DNA of 64,000 nucleotides from Minisyncoccota bacterium (GCA_036517195.1 DATDXU010000005.1:4975-68974); one strand, 5' to 3'; counted from the first letter of the stretch, positions 8,349 through 17,946 are shown. Program-made: numbers and translations. The notes: generated by a model not told the origin, from the letters alone.

Positions 8349-8597
8349 ATGATAAAAAAGCTCGCCATTGGTACAGTACATAAACTGCCGGAGGATTTAC
8401 AAAAAGCACTCACATCTTCCGCTAAGGTGCAAAAACTATGGGAAGACATCACGCCGCTCGCGCGCAATGAGTGGATATGCTGGGTCATCTCCGGGAAACG
8501 TGCGGAGACGAGGGGAATTCGAGTTGAGAAGGCGCTCTCGAAACTTAAAGATGGAATGCGCAGGCCGTGTTGCTGGGCTGGTTGTCCTCACCGTTGA
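8349..8597 (+). CDS. YdeI/OmpD-associated family small protein (DUF-type)
   Basis: The 82-aa sequence LPEDLQKAL...AKVQKLWEDITPLARNEWICWVISGKRAETRGIRVEKALSKLKDG has the pattern of that family. Confidence 0.45.
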   Translation: MIKKLAIGTVHKLPEDLQKALTSSAKVQKLWEDITPLARNEWICWVISGKRAETRGIRVEKALSKLKDGMRRPCCWAGCPHR

Positions 8598-8820
8598 TGA
8601 ACGAAGGTAAGGAAATACTGAGCCGAGCGCGGCGAAGTGTTGAAAACATCCGAAGCGTTTTATGATTTCGAGAATACTGAGCACGATAGTGAGAATGTGC
8701 CAATAGAAATTTTTAATATTTCCGATGTTTTGTAATTTCTAAAACCCAAAACGCAACGAGCGTTGCAAAAAATCTTAAAAAATCCTTGCGTCTTTGTAAT
8801 GACTTGGTACACTATTTTAA

Positions 8821-10254
8821 ATGGCGAACAAACAAAATGGTGTGCATGCAAAATGCGAAGGCAAGTTAGTGATGATTGGTTTCGGCTCAATCGGGCAGGG
8901 AGTGCTTCCGCTCATACTTCGTCACATAGGTATTGATAAAAAAGACATCACAATCATTAGCGCCGACGGTAAGGGAAAATCAGTTGCAGAAAAAGAAGGC
9001 GTTGAACTTAAACTTTCTCCCCTCAACCCTCAAAATTTTAGAAAAGTACTCGACGAATATCTGGGGCCAGGCCCGGGTGGGTTCGTACTCAACCTTTCCG
9101 TTGACGTTTCATCGGTCAATCTCATTCAATACTGTCAAGAGCGCAAGGCCCTCTATTTAGACACCTGTATTGAGCCGTGGACTGGTGGATATGTAGACCC
9201 AACCCTCACATTTTCCCAGCGCTCCAATTACGGATTGCGCGAAACGGCCCTCGCGCTTCGGGAGAAATATATTGGTGGCTCCACTGCCGTTGTCGCTCAT
9301 GGCGCAAATCCGGGGATTGTGTCTCATTTTCTCAAGCGCGCACTTCTTCAAATTGCTAAAGACACGGAGTATGCGAAAGAGGAGCCGACGAAAAAAGCGG
9401 AGTGGGCGTCGTTGATGAAAGGTCTCGGTATAAAGAGTGTTCACATAGCGGAGTATGATTCGCAAGTTGCAAAAAATCCGAAAAAAATAGGGAGGTTTGA
9501 AAATACGTGGTCTGTCTACGGTTTTCACGCCGAAGGATTGTGCCAGCCGTCGGAATTGGGATGGGGAACGCATGAAAAAGAAATGCCGAAAGGTGCGAGC
9601 GCCCACGACTTCGGTTGTGGTGCTGGTATTTATTTAGACCGGCCAGGTGCCACGACATTGGTGCGCACGTGGACACCGAAGCACGGCAGTTTCAACGGGA
9701 GGGCGGTAACGCACAATGAATCAATTTCCATCGCTGATTTTTATACTATTCGCAGAGGAGATAAGGTTACGTATCGGCCGACGGTTCATTACGCGTATCG
9801 CCCATGTGACGCCGCAATGCTTTCTCTCGAAGAGGCGTTTGGCAACAATTTGAATCTCCAAAACGAACAACTTATTCTTTCGGATGAAATCCAAAGTGGA
9901 ATGGATGAACTCGGGGTACTTCTTATGGGGCACGCGAAAGGTGCATACTGGTACGGCTCACAGCTTACAATTGAAGAAGCAAGAAAACTCGCCCCTTATC
10001 AAAATGCCACGGGACTCCAAGTAACCGCGGGAGTCTTGGCTGGAATGGTGTGGGCGATAGAAAATCCGACTTCGGGAATTGTTGAAGCGGATGATGTTGA
10101 CTACAAACGCGCCATGGAAATCCTTGAGCCGTATATGGGAACGATGGTGGGGGAATATAGTGATTGGACTCCGCTTAAGGGGCGAAGCAGTCTCTTTCCG
10201 GAAGAAGCGGACAGGGAAGATGTGTGGCAGTTCAAAAATTTTCTTGTTGATTAG
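8821..10254 (+). CDS. hss: Homospermidine synthase
   Basis: The N-terminus MIGFGSIGQG is a Rossmann NAD-binding site, and the length and overall pattern match bacterial homospermidine synthase. Confidence 0.7.
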   Translation: MANKQNGVHAKCEGKLVMIGFGSIGQGVLPLILRHIGIDKKDITIISADGKGKSVAEKEGVELKLSPLNPQNFRKVLDEYLGPGPGGFVLNLSVDVSSVNLIQYCQERKALYLDTCIEPWTGGYVDPTLTFSQRSNYGLRETALALREKYIGGSTAVVAHGANPGIVSHFLKRALLQIAKDTEYAKEEPTKKAEWASLMKGLGIKSVHIAEYDSQVAKNPKKIGRFENTWSVYGFHAEGLCQPSELGWGTHEKEMPKGASAHDFGCGAGIYLDRPGATTLVRTWTPKHGSFNGRAVTHNESISIADFYTIRRGDKVTYRPTVHYAYRPCDAAMLSLEEAFGNNLNLQNEQLILSDEIQSGMDELGVLLMGHAKGAYWYGSQLTIEEARKLAPYQNATGLQVTAGVLAGMVWAIENPTSGIVEADDVDYKRAMEILEPYMGTMVGEYSDWTPLKGRSSLFPEEADREDVWQFKNFLVD

Positions 10255-10312
10255 AGTGGGGCGGTATGTTCCATGTCTCTGGATGAGTTTTGGAATGTGT
10301 GAACATACACCG

Positions 10313-10338
10313 TTCTAGCTTTTTGCAAAAAGCTAGAA
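10313..10338. promoter_or_regulatory. Perfect 12-2-12 palindrome TTCTAGCTTTTT-GC-AAAAAGCTAGAA (site 1), a putative ArsR-family operator upstream of the regulator gene
   Basis: Identical 26-mers occur at 10603-10628 and 58939-58964. A 12-2-12 dyad is the classic operator architecture for ArsR/SmtB regulators. Confidence 0.55.
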
Positions 10339-10355
10339 TATAATGACGTACACAT

Positions 10356-10631
10356 ATGGCGCAAGAAAAATATCGCGTGTTGGAACGGATTATAAAAGGT
10401 TTTGCGAACCATCGGCGGCTCGCAATTCTTGATTTGTTGAAAAAGAGGCCAGAGCAGACTCTCGACGATATTGTGGAGACACTCGGCATTGGGTACCAAA
10501 ACGCATCGGATCATGTGCGCAAACTTGCGATTGCGGGTCTCGTGGCAAAGCGTAGTGACGGCTTGAATGTGCGACACAAACTTACGCCACGCGCAGAAAC
10601 CATTCTAGCTTTTTGCAAAAAGCTAGAATAA
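10356..10631 (+). CDS. ArsR/SmtB-family HTH transcriptional regulator
   Basis: The 91-aa protein has an HRRLAILDLL...LDDIVETLGIGYQNASDHVRKL winged helix. Confidence 0.7.
   Translation: MAQEKYRVLERIIKGFANHRRLAILDLLKKRPEQTLDDIVETLGIGYQNASDHVRKLAIAGLVAKRSDGLNVRHKLTPRAETILAFCKKLE
10603..10628. promoter_or_regulatory. Palindrome site 2, overlapping the last codons and stop of the ArsR-like gene and upstream of a small Cys-rich ORF
   Basis: Identical 26-mer. The stop codon TAA lies at 10629-10631. Confidence 0.5.
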
Positions 10632-10750
10632 GAAACTTTGCATCTCTTTGTTCCGAGGCGTAAAGGATCATTTTTTGTAAGGATGCTTTGTTTCTCTTTC
10701 TCCAGTGATATGATTTTGAGAGGTGGAGTAATGCAAAAAAGAGGTGATCT

Positions 10751-10969
10751 GTGGGCGATACAGTTATGCGTAGAAAATGCGCGCGCAAGAAGTACGGCCG
10801 CGGACAGTGGCTATGCGAGTGCAACGGAAATATTCGGAAGGATAATCAATGCACTGGCATAGGGTGTCTGGAGTATTACGAGCGCATAGGTGGCACAGAT
10901 TCTCCCGCGTACAAGACATTGCTCGCTGCAATTGCGGAAGATGAAAGAGATGACAAGAAACAGTCCTGA
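10751..10969 (+). CDS. Small cysteine-rich protein (5 Cys in about 68 aa), possibly metal-binding
   Basis: KCARKKYGRGQWLCECNGNIRKDNQCTGIGC. It lies downstream of the ArsR-family gene and palindrome site 2 and is followed by a terminator. Confidence 0.3.
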   Translation: MGDTVMRRKCARKKYGRGQWLCECNGNIRKDNQCTGIGCLEYYERIGGTDSPAYKTLLAAIAEDERDDKKQS

Positions 10970-10978
10970 TGTGTAACA

Positions 10979-11005
10979 GCGACCCGCAGAGCGGGTCGCG
11001 TTTTG
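10979..11005 (+). terminator. Rho-independent terminator
   Basis: GCGACCCGC-AGA-GCGGGTCGC followed by GTTTTG. Confidence 0.55.
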
Positions 11006-11020
11006 TAATATAATTGAATT

Positions 11021-11710
11021 ATGGTGCCCTTTGAATACGTGTATATGGTTGGTGCGTCTATGCTCTTTATTCCGTGGGTTATTTTTTTCGTTGTAAGACC
11101 TGACGTGCGGAGAGAAATGCTTGTCATGAGTTTTTTGCTCGGTGTTTTGAGTGTTGTAACTGCGCAGTACTGGTGGACTGTGGATTGGTGGAAACCCGAA
11201 ACGATAACAGGCACGATTGTTGGCATTGAGGATTTTCTGATTGGTTTTGCGAGTGGTGGAATCATGACAGTTGCCTATGAGGTTTTGTTCAGGAAGCGTT
11301 TATACAAAAGTGTTTCTAGCGTACGAGCGCCAGGTCCGTTTACTCTACTGCTGTTACTCGCTTTTATAACCTCATGGTTATTTTGGGCAGCACACCTCAC
11401 TTCTTTTTGGGGAAGCACGCTGGCAATGGCGGCGGTTGCGAGCGTTCTTTTCTATTTTAGAAAGGACCTGTTTTTGAACGCAGTGTTAAGCGGTATTTTA
11501 ATGGCAGGCATCTCGTTACTTTTTTACTTCACAGTCATGTCCCTTTCTCCTGAGTGGATTCCAAAAACATATCAATTTGAAACATTAAGTGGAATTCTTG
11601 TACTCGGTGTTCCTGCGGAGGAGTTTGTATTTTGGTTTCTTGCGGGGCTCGTATTCGGGCCATTCTATGAATATTGGCAAGGTAAAAGAACAAGGAATAT
11701 CAGTACATAG
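11021..11710 (+). CDS. Polytopic membrane protein, possibly a lycopene-cyclase-domain family member
   Basis: Has 6-7 TM helices. The acidic motifs GIEDFLIGF and PAEEFVFWF recall the PxEE(F/L) motifs of CrtYcd-type domains. Confidence 0.35.
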   Translation: MVPFEYVYMVGASMLFIPWVIFFVVRPDVRREMLVMSFLLGVLSVVTAQYWWTVDWWKPETITGTIVGIEDFLIGFASGGIMTVAYEVLFRKRLYKSVSSVRAPGPFTLLLLLAFITSWLFWAAHLTSFWGSTLAMAAVASVLFYFRKDLFLNAVLSGILMAGISLLFYFTVMSLSPEWIPKTYQFETLSGILVLGVPAEEFVFWFLAGLVFGPFYEYWQGKRTRNIST

Positions 11711-11713
11711 CAT

Positions 11714-12145
11714 ATGAAAAAGACCATTTCAATACTGGTACTCGCGTGCGCAGTCTTCGCTCTGTGGTATTTTTTGTCTGACGCACCAGGCAATGACTCG
11801 CGGGTAGTGTATGTGAATAGTTCTGCCGATCTTATTCGTGTTGAGGGGCCCTTGCCCGACGATTCTCTTGGCAAGACATTTACAGTTGAGGGCGAAGCTC
11901 GAGGGTTCTGGTTTTTTGAAAATTCTTTTCCCGTTGAAGTTCTCGATGCAAACGGTGTTGTCATTGGACGGGGACTCGGCGCAAGTAGTGAGGAATGGAT
12001 GACGGAGAATTTCATACCGTTTACGGCTCCTGTGGAAATTGTCGGTGAATATACGGGACAGGCAACACTTGTGCTCAAAAAAGACAATCCTTCCGGTGAT
12101 CCTGATCGAGACGCGTCGGTGTCTTTTGTGGTGTCGATATATTAA
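11714..12145 (+). CDS. Hypothetical secreted protein
   Basis: N-terminal signal/TM helix MKKTISILVLACAVFALW followed by a beta-rich domain. Confidence 0.4.
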   Translation: MKKTISILVLACAVFALWYFLSDAPGNDSRVVYVNSSADLIRVEGPLPDDSLGKTFTVEGEARGFWFFENSFPVEVLDANGVVIGRGLGASSEEWMTENFIPFTAPVEIVGEYTGQATLVLKKDNPSGDPDRDASVSFVVSIY

Positions 12146-12183
12146 CCAAAACGAGGGCTACTTTTTGTTGTATACTGGACACT

Positions 12184-12504
12184 ATGACACTGGAAGATGG
12201 AATATCGAGGCAGGGGCGCGTGCGCCCTATTGAGCATGGGGAAGAGCGCATCGCATTTTCCGCACTTAGGTATAGGGGAGAAATCTTCACTGGCGCAAAT
12301 CACGGCGATGCACTCATTGATCTTGAGGAGACACACCCAGATTTTGTGGGACGGGAAGTTGATGATGGTTTTACTACTTCTAGTGGGAGGTTTGTGGACA
12401 GAGTTGAGGCGTATACAATTGCGCGCAGTCAAGGCCAGCTGAAGCAGCGGTTTATTAGCTACAAAGGGGAGGGTGATTTAGACAGCAATTACCTACTTTC
12501 CTAG
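12184..12504 (+). CDS. Hypothetical protein
   Basis: 106-aa ORF with no recognisable motif. Confidence 0.3.
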   Translation: MTLEDGISRQGRVRPIEHGEERIAFSALRYRGEIFTGANHGDALIDLEETHPDFVGREVDDGFTTSSGRFVDRVEAYTIARSQGQLKQRFISYKGEGDLDSNYLLS

Positions 12505-12539
12505 CTTATTGCGAAGTAGTGTTTTAAAATACAACATAT

Positions 12540-12998
12540 ATGCCACGAACATTAGTTGTGATAATTGGTCTTGTCTTGGTGGGAGGGGGTTTGTATATAT
12601 GGTCTTCTGGCTCTTGGGTGGGGAGCACGAAAGTAGATGATACAAAAATCGGTGGGGGTGTCGTTGTTTCTCAAGCGGCGGGGTTGTATGGCGCGTATGA
12701 AGCGTATGCGCCGGAGAAACTTATGCGCGCGAGCGCGGAGAGATCCGTCGTTTTGTTTTTTCGCGCCGACTGGTGTCCGACATGTCGAGCGCTTGACGCG
12801 GACATTCGTTCAAAACTTGAAACAATTCCACAAAACGTGAGCATTTTGTACCTCAATTACGACACAGAAACGGCTCTCAAACAGAAATATGGCGTCACCT
12901 ATCAGCACACGCTAGTGCAGGTTGATGCCGAGGGAAACCAGATTGTTAAGTGGAGCAAATCTCCAACACTTGAAGATGTGCTGCTGAACATCAAATAG
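12540..12998 (+). CDS. Membrane-anchored thioredoxin-family protein
   Basis: An N-terminal TM helix and the WCPTC active site. Confidence 0.6.
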   Translation: MPRTLVVIIGLVLVGGGLYIWSSGSWVGSTKVDDTKIGGGVVVSQAAGLYGAYEAYAPEKLMRASAERSVVLFFRADWCPTCRALDADIRSKLETIPQNVSILYLNYDTETALKQKYGVTYQHTLVQVDAEGNQIVKWSKSPTLEDVLLNIK

Positions 12999-13003
12999 GT
13001 AGC

Positions 13004-13729
13004 ATGGCGTTTCTTATCATTTCGTTCATCGCGGGTGTCTTGACGGTTCTTGCTCCCTGCATTCTTCCGCTTTTGCCTGTTGTTATCGGCTCTTCCGCCA
13101 CAGGCAGGAGCAAAACCACTCCGTATATTGTCGTCGGCTCGCTCTCTGTTTCAATAATTCTTTTCACCTATGTTCTTAAGGCATCAACGGTGTTCATTAT
13201 GGTGCCTCCATATGTGTGGACGTATCTTTCCGGAGGCATTCTCGTTGCGTTTGGACTTTTTCTTGCTTTTCCAGCCCTATGGGAGAGTATGCCGGGACTT
13301 TCGAAATTCGCCGGGGATTCAAACAAATTTGTCGGTGCTGGGTATCAGCGCAAAAGTTTTTGGGGCGACGTGTTAATTGGCGCGGGGTTGGGTCCCGTGT
13401 TCACGAGCTGTTCGCCGACATACTTTGTAATTCTTGCCTCGGTATTGCCTGCTAGCTTTGCGCTTGGCACGGCGTACTTGTTTGCTTACGTGCTTGGGCT
13501 TGGGCTCGTTCTTCTTCTCGTGGCACTTCTGGGCGAACGGTTTGCGAATCGGTTGAGTATTCTGTCTGACTCTCGCGGACTGTTGAAGCGAGGGGTCGGC
13601 GTTCTTTTCATTCTCATTGGTATTGCGATTGCGACAGGGTATGAGAAGAGGATAGAGGTTGCAATTCTGGATGCGGGCTGGTTTGATATCACAAAGGTTG
13701 AGCGTGCCTTATTAGAAAAAATTCAATAA
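13004..13729 (+). CDS. ccdA: Cytochrome c-type biogenesis / thiol-disulfide transporter CcdA (DsbD transmembrane domain)
   Basis: LTVLAPCILPLLP near the N-terminus, a second conserved Cys region (SCSPT) and 6 TM helices. Confidence 0.7.
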   Translation: MAFLIISFIAGVLTVLAPCILPLLPVVIGSSATGRSKTTPYIVVGSLSVSIILFTYVLKASTVFIMVPPYVWTYLSGGILVAFGLFLAFPALWESMPGLSKFAGDSNKFVGAGYQRKSFWGDVLIGAGLGPVFTSCSPTYFVILASVLPASFALGTAYLFAYVLGLGLVLLLVALLGERFANRLSILSDSRGLLKRGVGVLFILIGIAIATGYEKRIEVAILDAGWFDITKVERALLEKIQ

Positions 13730-13732
13730 TAT

Positions 13733-14800
13733 ATGCGCATGGAATACGCGATTGGTTTATTGGTATTGGTGGTGGCGGGTGTTGGGCTCGCGATTTTGTA
13801 CACCCCCGTGTCTCCTAAGGCATCTAAGGGTTCTCCCTCTAGTGTTGCCAAGCAACAAGGGGACCCTTACAGAGAAATAGCAAACCCTGCTGGATTTGTG
13901 AACACGGACGGCATAACGATAAAAGAGTTGGTCGGCACAAAAGTCATTATTGTTGATTTTATGACGTACAGCTGTATCAACTGCCAGCGCACATTTCCGT
14001 ATTTGAACGCGTGGTACAAAAAATACAAAGACCAGGGTCTTGAAATCGTTGGGATTCACACGCCAGAGTTTGCGTTTGAAAAAAACATAGACAATGTGCG
14101 CGATGCGATGAAACGATTTGGCATTATGCATCCGGTTGTTTTAGACAACGACTATGGGACATGGAACGCATATGGGAACAGGTACTGGCCAAATAAATAT
14201 GTAATCGATATACACGGAAATATTGTGTACAGTCATGCTGGTGAAGGTGCATACGAGGAAACAGAGATGAAAATTCAGGAACTTCTTCGTGAGCGGGCTG
14301 AAGTTCTCGGCAGCTCCGTTGCCTTCGCTGGCGAGCTTGCTTCGTCTGACATGCCGCCTTTAAAAAATTTCGCGCGCAGTCCGGAAACGTATTTCGGGGC
14401 GTGGCGCAATGAGTATTTTGCAAACGGGATGCCGGGGAGGGAGGGTGAGCAGACACATGCGCTTCCGGATACGCTTATGCGCAATGCTCTGTATTTGGAT
14501 GGCACATGGAATATTGAGGACCAGTTTGCGGAATCGGTCAGAGATTCCAGCGTATTCTATCGTTACAATGCGGGGGATGTATTTATTGTCGCTGATGCGG
14601 ACAATCCTATTTCTGTAGAAGTATTTCAAGACGGAAAGCGAATAGACGTTGCTGCGGGTGCAGATGTTAGGGACGGAATTGTCACTATGCAAGAGAGTCG
14701 ATTGTACAAGTTGATTCACAACCGAGAGCCAGGAGAACACACGCTCGAACTTCGTGTCGGAGGAAAAGGGTTGCGTTTCTATGCATTTACGTTCGGGTGA
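13733..14800 (+). CDS. TlpA/ResA-like thiol-disulfide oxidoreductase with a C-terminal extension
   Basis: An N-terminal TM helix and a redoxin fold with the CINC active site (DFMTYSCINCQRTFPYL). Confidence 0.6.
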   Translation: MRMEYAIGLLVLVVAGVGLAILYTPVSPKASKGSPSSVAKQQGDPYREIANPAGFVNTDGITIKELVGTKVIIVDFMTYSCINCQRTFPYLNAWYKKYKDQGLEIVGIHTPEFAFEKNIDNVRDAMKRFGIMHPVVLDNDYGTWNAYGNRYWPNKYVIDIHGNIVYSHAGEGAYEETEMKIQELLRERAEVLGSSVAFAGELASSDMPPLKNFARSPETYFGAWRNEYFANGMPGREGEQTHALPDTLMRNALYLDGTWNIEDQFAESVRDSSVFYRYNAGDVFIVADADNPISVEVFQDGKRIDVAAGADVRDGIVTMQESRLYKLIHNREPGEHTLELRVGGKGLRFYAFTFG

Positions 14801-14831
14801 TTTAAAGCACTCTCTGGTGTAGTATCAATAG

Positions 14832-16652
14832 ATGTGCGGCATATTTGCATATACGGGTTCAAAAGAAGCCGGAAAACTTCTCTTGAACGGTCTTTCTTCA
14901 CTCGAGTATCGTGGGTATGATTCGGCAGGAATTTTTATGCCGGAAAGCGGTTCTGTACGAGCGAAGGGCGCAGTAGCAGAACTTAAGAAAAAAATACCAA
15001 AAAATTTTCGTGGCACAAGCGGTATTGCACATTTACGTTGGGCAACACACGGGGCACCCACGGAAGGAAATGCGCATCCACACACGGATTGTCGCGGTGA
15101 GATTTGGATAGCGCACAATGGCATTGTTGAGAATTTTAAAGAACTCAAAGACAAGCTGATTCAAAACGGGCACAGCTTTACATCGGAGACGGACACGGAA
15201 GTCATTGCGCACTTGACTGAAGAATATCTTGCAAAAACACATGATTTTAAAAAGGCGCTTTTGGCGGCACTGGGACTCGTGCGCGGAACGTATGGCATTG
15301 TGGCGCAGTATAAGAAGGAGCCGGAGCGTATTATTGCGGCGCGCATGGGTTCTCCTGTTGTGTTGGGAGTCGGAACACGAGAACGTTTCATAGCATCCGA
15401 CCCATCGCCGATCATTCCTCACACAAAGAAAGTAATCTTTCTTGAAGATGGGGAGGCTGCTCTGATAACCCCACGTTCGCATTCTATCTTTAAGCTAGAC
15501 GCTACACGTGTGAAGCGTGCAACTACACGGATTGATTGGAGTGCAAAAAAAGTACAAAAGGGCGGTTTTGAGCATTTTATGTTGAAAGAAATTTTGGAAG
15601 GACCAGAGGTTTTGGAAAATACACTTCGCGGTCGACTCGTCGCGCACAAGGGAATGGCAAAATTGGGCGGGTTGGAGGCGGTTGCGAAAAAATTGAGAGC
15701 AATAGAGCGCATTATTATTGTTGCATGTGGCACCGCGTACTACGCGGGACTTGCGGGGGAGTATATGCTGGAAGAGCATGCTGGTATTCCTGTTGAAGTG
15801 GAACTGGGAAGTGAGTTTCGCTATCGCGCGCCCGTTTTGAATCAGCGCACTGCCGTTTTAGCAATTTCACAATCAGGTGAAACGGCCGACACCCTCGCCG
15901 CTATTCGCGAAGGGAAGAAACGCGGGGCACTAACGCTCGGTATCGTGAATGCGGTCGGCTCAACTATTGCGCGCGAAACAGACGCCGGTGTGTATAACCA
16001 CGCGGGGCCCGAAATGGGTGTTGCTTCTACCAAGGCGCTTGTTTCTCAACTTGCGGCGCTCGCGCTCTTCACTTTGTTTTTTGGTCGTGAGCGCGGCATG
16101 TCGTTAAAAACAGGGCGTGAGATTGCTAAGGAACTTATAGAGATTCCTAAAAAACTCGGGCACATTCTTTCCGATAGGGCGCATATTGAAAAACTCGCAA
16201 AAAAATACAAGTATGCGCGTGATTTTTTGTTCATTGGCCGCAGATACAATTACCCTGTAGCGCTCGAAGGAGCCATTAAGCTCAAAGAAATTTCATACAT
16301 ACACGCGGAAGGGTATGCGTCCGGTGAGATGAAGCATGGGCCACTCGCGATGATTGACGAAAAATTTCCCACATTTGCGCTCGCCCCGTCCGACAGTGTG
16401 TACGAAAAGAATCTTTCAAACATACACGAACTTCGGGCGCGTAAGGGGCCAGTCGTTGCACTTGCGACCGAAGGGAATAAAGACATTGCCGAAATTGCTG
16501 ACGATGTTATATATGTGCCGAAGACACTGGAAATGCTCTCACCGATTTTGAATGTCGTGCCACTGCAACTTTTTGCGTACTACTTTTCCAAACAAAAAGG
16601 ATACAATCCCGACCGTCCTCGCAATCTCGCGAAATCCGTTACCGTTGAGTAG
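14832..16652 (+). CDS. glmS: Glutamine--fructose-6-phosphate aminotransferase
   Basis: MCGIFAY N-terminal nucleophile, two SIS domains and about 606 aa. Confidence 0.9.
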   Translation: MCGIFAYTGSKEAGKLLLNGLSSLEYRGYDSAGIFMPESGSVRAKGAVAELKKKIPKNFRGTSGIAHLRWATHGAPTEGNAHPHTDCRGEIWIAHNGIVENFKELKDKLIQNGHSFTSETDTEVIAHLTEEYLAKTHDFKKALLAALGLVRGTYGIVAQYKKEPERIIAARMGSPVVLGVGTRERFIASDPSPIIPHTKKVIFLEDGEAALITPRSHSIFKLDATRVKRATTRIDWSAKKVQKGGFEHFMLKEILEGPEVLENTLRGRLVAHKGMAKLGGLEAVAKKLRAIERIIIVACGTAYYAGLAGEYMLEEHAGIPVEVELGSEFRYRAPVLNQRTAVLAISQSGETADTLAAIREGKKRGALTLGIVNAVGSTIARETDAGVYNHAGPEMGVASTKALVSQLAALALFTLFFGRERGMSLKTGREIAKELIEIPKKLGHILSDRAHIEKLAKKYKYARDFLFIGRRYNYPVALEGAIKLKEISYIHAEGYASGEMKHGPLAMIDEKFPTFALAPSDSVYEKNLSNIHELRARKGPVVALATEGNKDIAEIADDVIYVPKTLEMLSPILNVVPLQLFAYYFSKQKGYNPDRPRNLAKSVTVE

Positions 16653-16654
16653 CT

Positions 16655-17707
16655 CTAAATAGATTCAATCTTTTCCCACGATCTGTCCGTCACTCCGAAG
16701 TGTCCGTATGAGGCGGTGTTTTGGAATATGGGGCGCGTGAGTCCGAGGCGTTCAATGATTGCGCGTGGGCGGAAATCAAAATGTTTCTGCATTACATCTG
16801 AAAGATTTTTCCCGTCCTCATTATATGCTTCAAGCATGACTGGCTCGGAGCGTCCGATTGCGTAGGCGACTGCAACGAGCACTCGTTTTCCGTATTCGTT
16901 TGCCACTAAATTCTTTGCGGCAAAACGGGACATGTATGCGGCGGAACGGTCCACTTTTGTCGCATCTTTTCCAGAAAATGCTCCTCCGCCGTGAGGAAAG
17001 AGTCCACCATATGTATCAACCATAATTTTTCTTCCGGTCAGTCCGGCGTCTGCCGTGAATCCGCCGAGCACGAAGCGTCCTGTCGGATTTACCAAAATTT
17101 CAATATCATCTAACGAGCCAAGAATTGGCTCAAAAAGGTGCTTTTTTAGGGATGTTCGTATTTCTTCAAGAGAAACCTCTTCCGCATGTTGCGCGCTTGA
17201 GAGTGCAGTTGCGACACGTCCGTCTTCTATCGTTATCTGCGTTTTACCGTCAGGTTTAAGCCATGGCAAAGTACCATCTCGTCGGAGTGCTTCTAATCGT
17301 CTGGCAAGTCCGTGAGCGAGCACTGTACCCCTTGGCATGTATTCCGGTGTTTCATCGGTTGCATATCCATACATCATGCCTTGGTCGCCGGCGCCTCCAG
17401 TGTCTACCCCCATCGCAATGTCGCCCGATTGTTTTGCCACATGCACGAGTACTTTTAAATCGTTTGGGTAGCCGATTTTTTCATACACATCACGGGCGAT
17501 CGCTTCATAGTCAACCTCTGCGTTTGTGCGGAGTTCTCCTCCGATGACCAGCGTTCCGTGACTTCCAAATGTTTCAATTGCGACACGGCTCGCCGGGTCC
17601 TGTTCCAAACACGCGTCTAGAATCGCATCTGAAATTTGGTCGCACACTTTGTCTGGGTGTCCAGATGTTACGCTTTCCGTCGTGTACCTCTTAAATAAAT
17701 GAATCAT
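16655..17707 (-). CDS. metK: S-adenosylmethionine synthetase
   Basis: The N-terminus LFKRYTTESVTSGHPDKVCDQ and the GGGAFSGKD motif. Confidence 0.9.
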   Translation of the reverse strand: MIHLFKRYTTESVTSGHPDKVCDQISDAILDACLEQDPASRVAIETFGSHGTLVIGGELRTNAEVDYEAIARDVYEKIGYPNDLKVLVHVAKQSGDIAMGVDTGGAGDQGMMYGYATDETPEYMPRGTVLAHGLARRLEALRRDGTLPWLKPDGKTQITIEDGRVATALSSAQHAEEVSLEEIRTSLKKHLFEPILGSLDDIEILVNPTGRFVLGGFTADAGLTGRKIMVDTYGGLFPHGGGAFSGKDATKVDRSAAYMSRFAAKNLVANEYGKRVLVAVAYAIGRSEPVMLEAYNEDGKNLSDVMQKHFDFRPRAIIERLGLTRPIFQNTASYGHFGVTDRSWEKIESI

Positions 17708-17744
17708 GTGTGTATAGAACCGAATAATCTCCCCTCGGGGAGAT

Positions 17745-17868
17745 TATTAATAAAAATATCATTCCCTGTCGGGCTGGTTGTAGCACTTTATCCTGAGCTT
17801 ATCGAAGGACGAGCTTGAACAAGTTGCCGGTGGGTCGGAGCCAGTACTCTCACCACACTCTTGATACA
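17745..17868 (-). promoter_or_regulatory. SAM-I (S-box) riboswitch in the metK leader
   Basis: The minus strand reads UAUCAAGAGUGUGGUGAGAGUACUGGCUCCGACCCACCGGCAAC...AAAGUGCUACAACCAGCCCGACAGGGAAUUGAUAU, which matches SAM-I conserved blocks (P1 UAUCA/UGAUA, the GGNGAGGGACUGGCCCGA..CCGGCAACC block and the GNGCNANNNCCAGC block). A hairpin at 17723-17750 follows before the ATG. Confidence 0.7.
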
Positions 17869-17920
17869 GTATTCAGTTGTGTGTTCATCGTAGCAGTGTC
17901 ATTTCGAAAGTGCAAGTAAG

Positions 17921-17946
17921 GGGGGCGCTGATAACTGGCGCCCCCA
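17921..17946. terminator. GC-rich hairpin GGGGGCGC-tgataactg-GCGCCCCC between the GNAT gene and the riboswitch
   Basis: Perfect 8-9 bp GC stem. The flanking T-tract is weak on both strands. Confidence 0.35.

Noticed and set aside
10232-10824. Minus-strand ORFs (10232..10489, 10582..10824, and 58624..59088) all containing the peptide ILAFCKKLE
   Set aside because: The shared peptide is simply the translation of the 26-bp perfect palindrome read on the other strand. The ORFs overlap better-supported genes or intergenic DNA.
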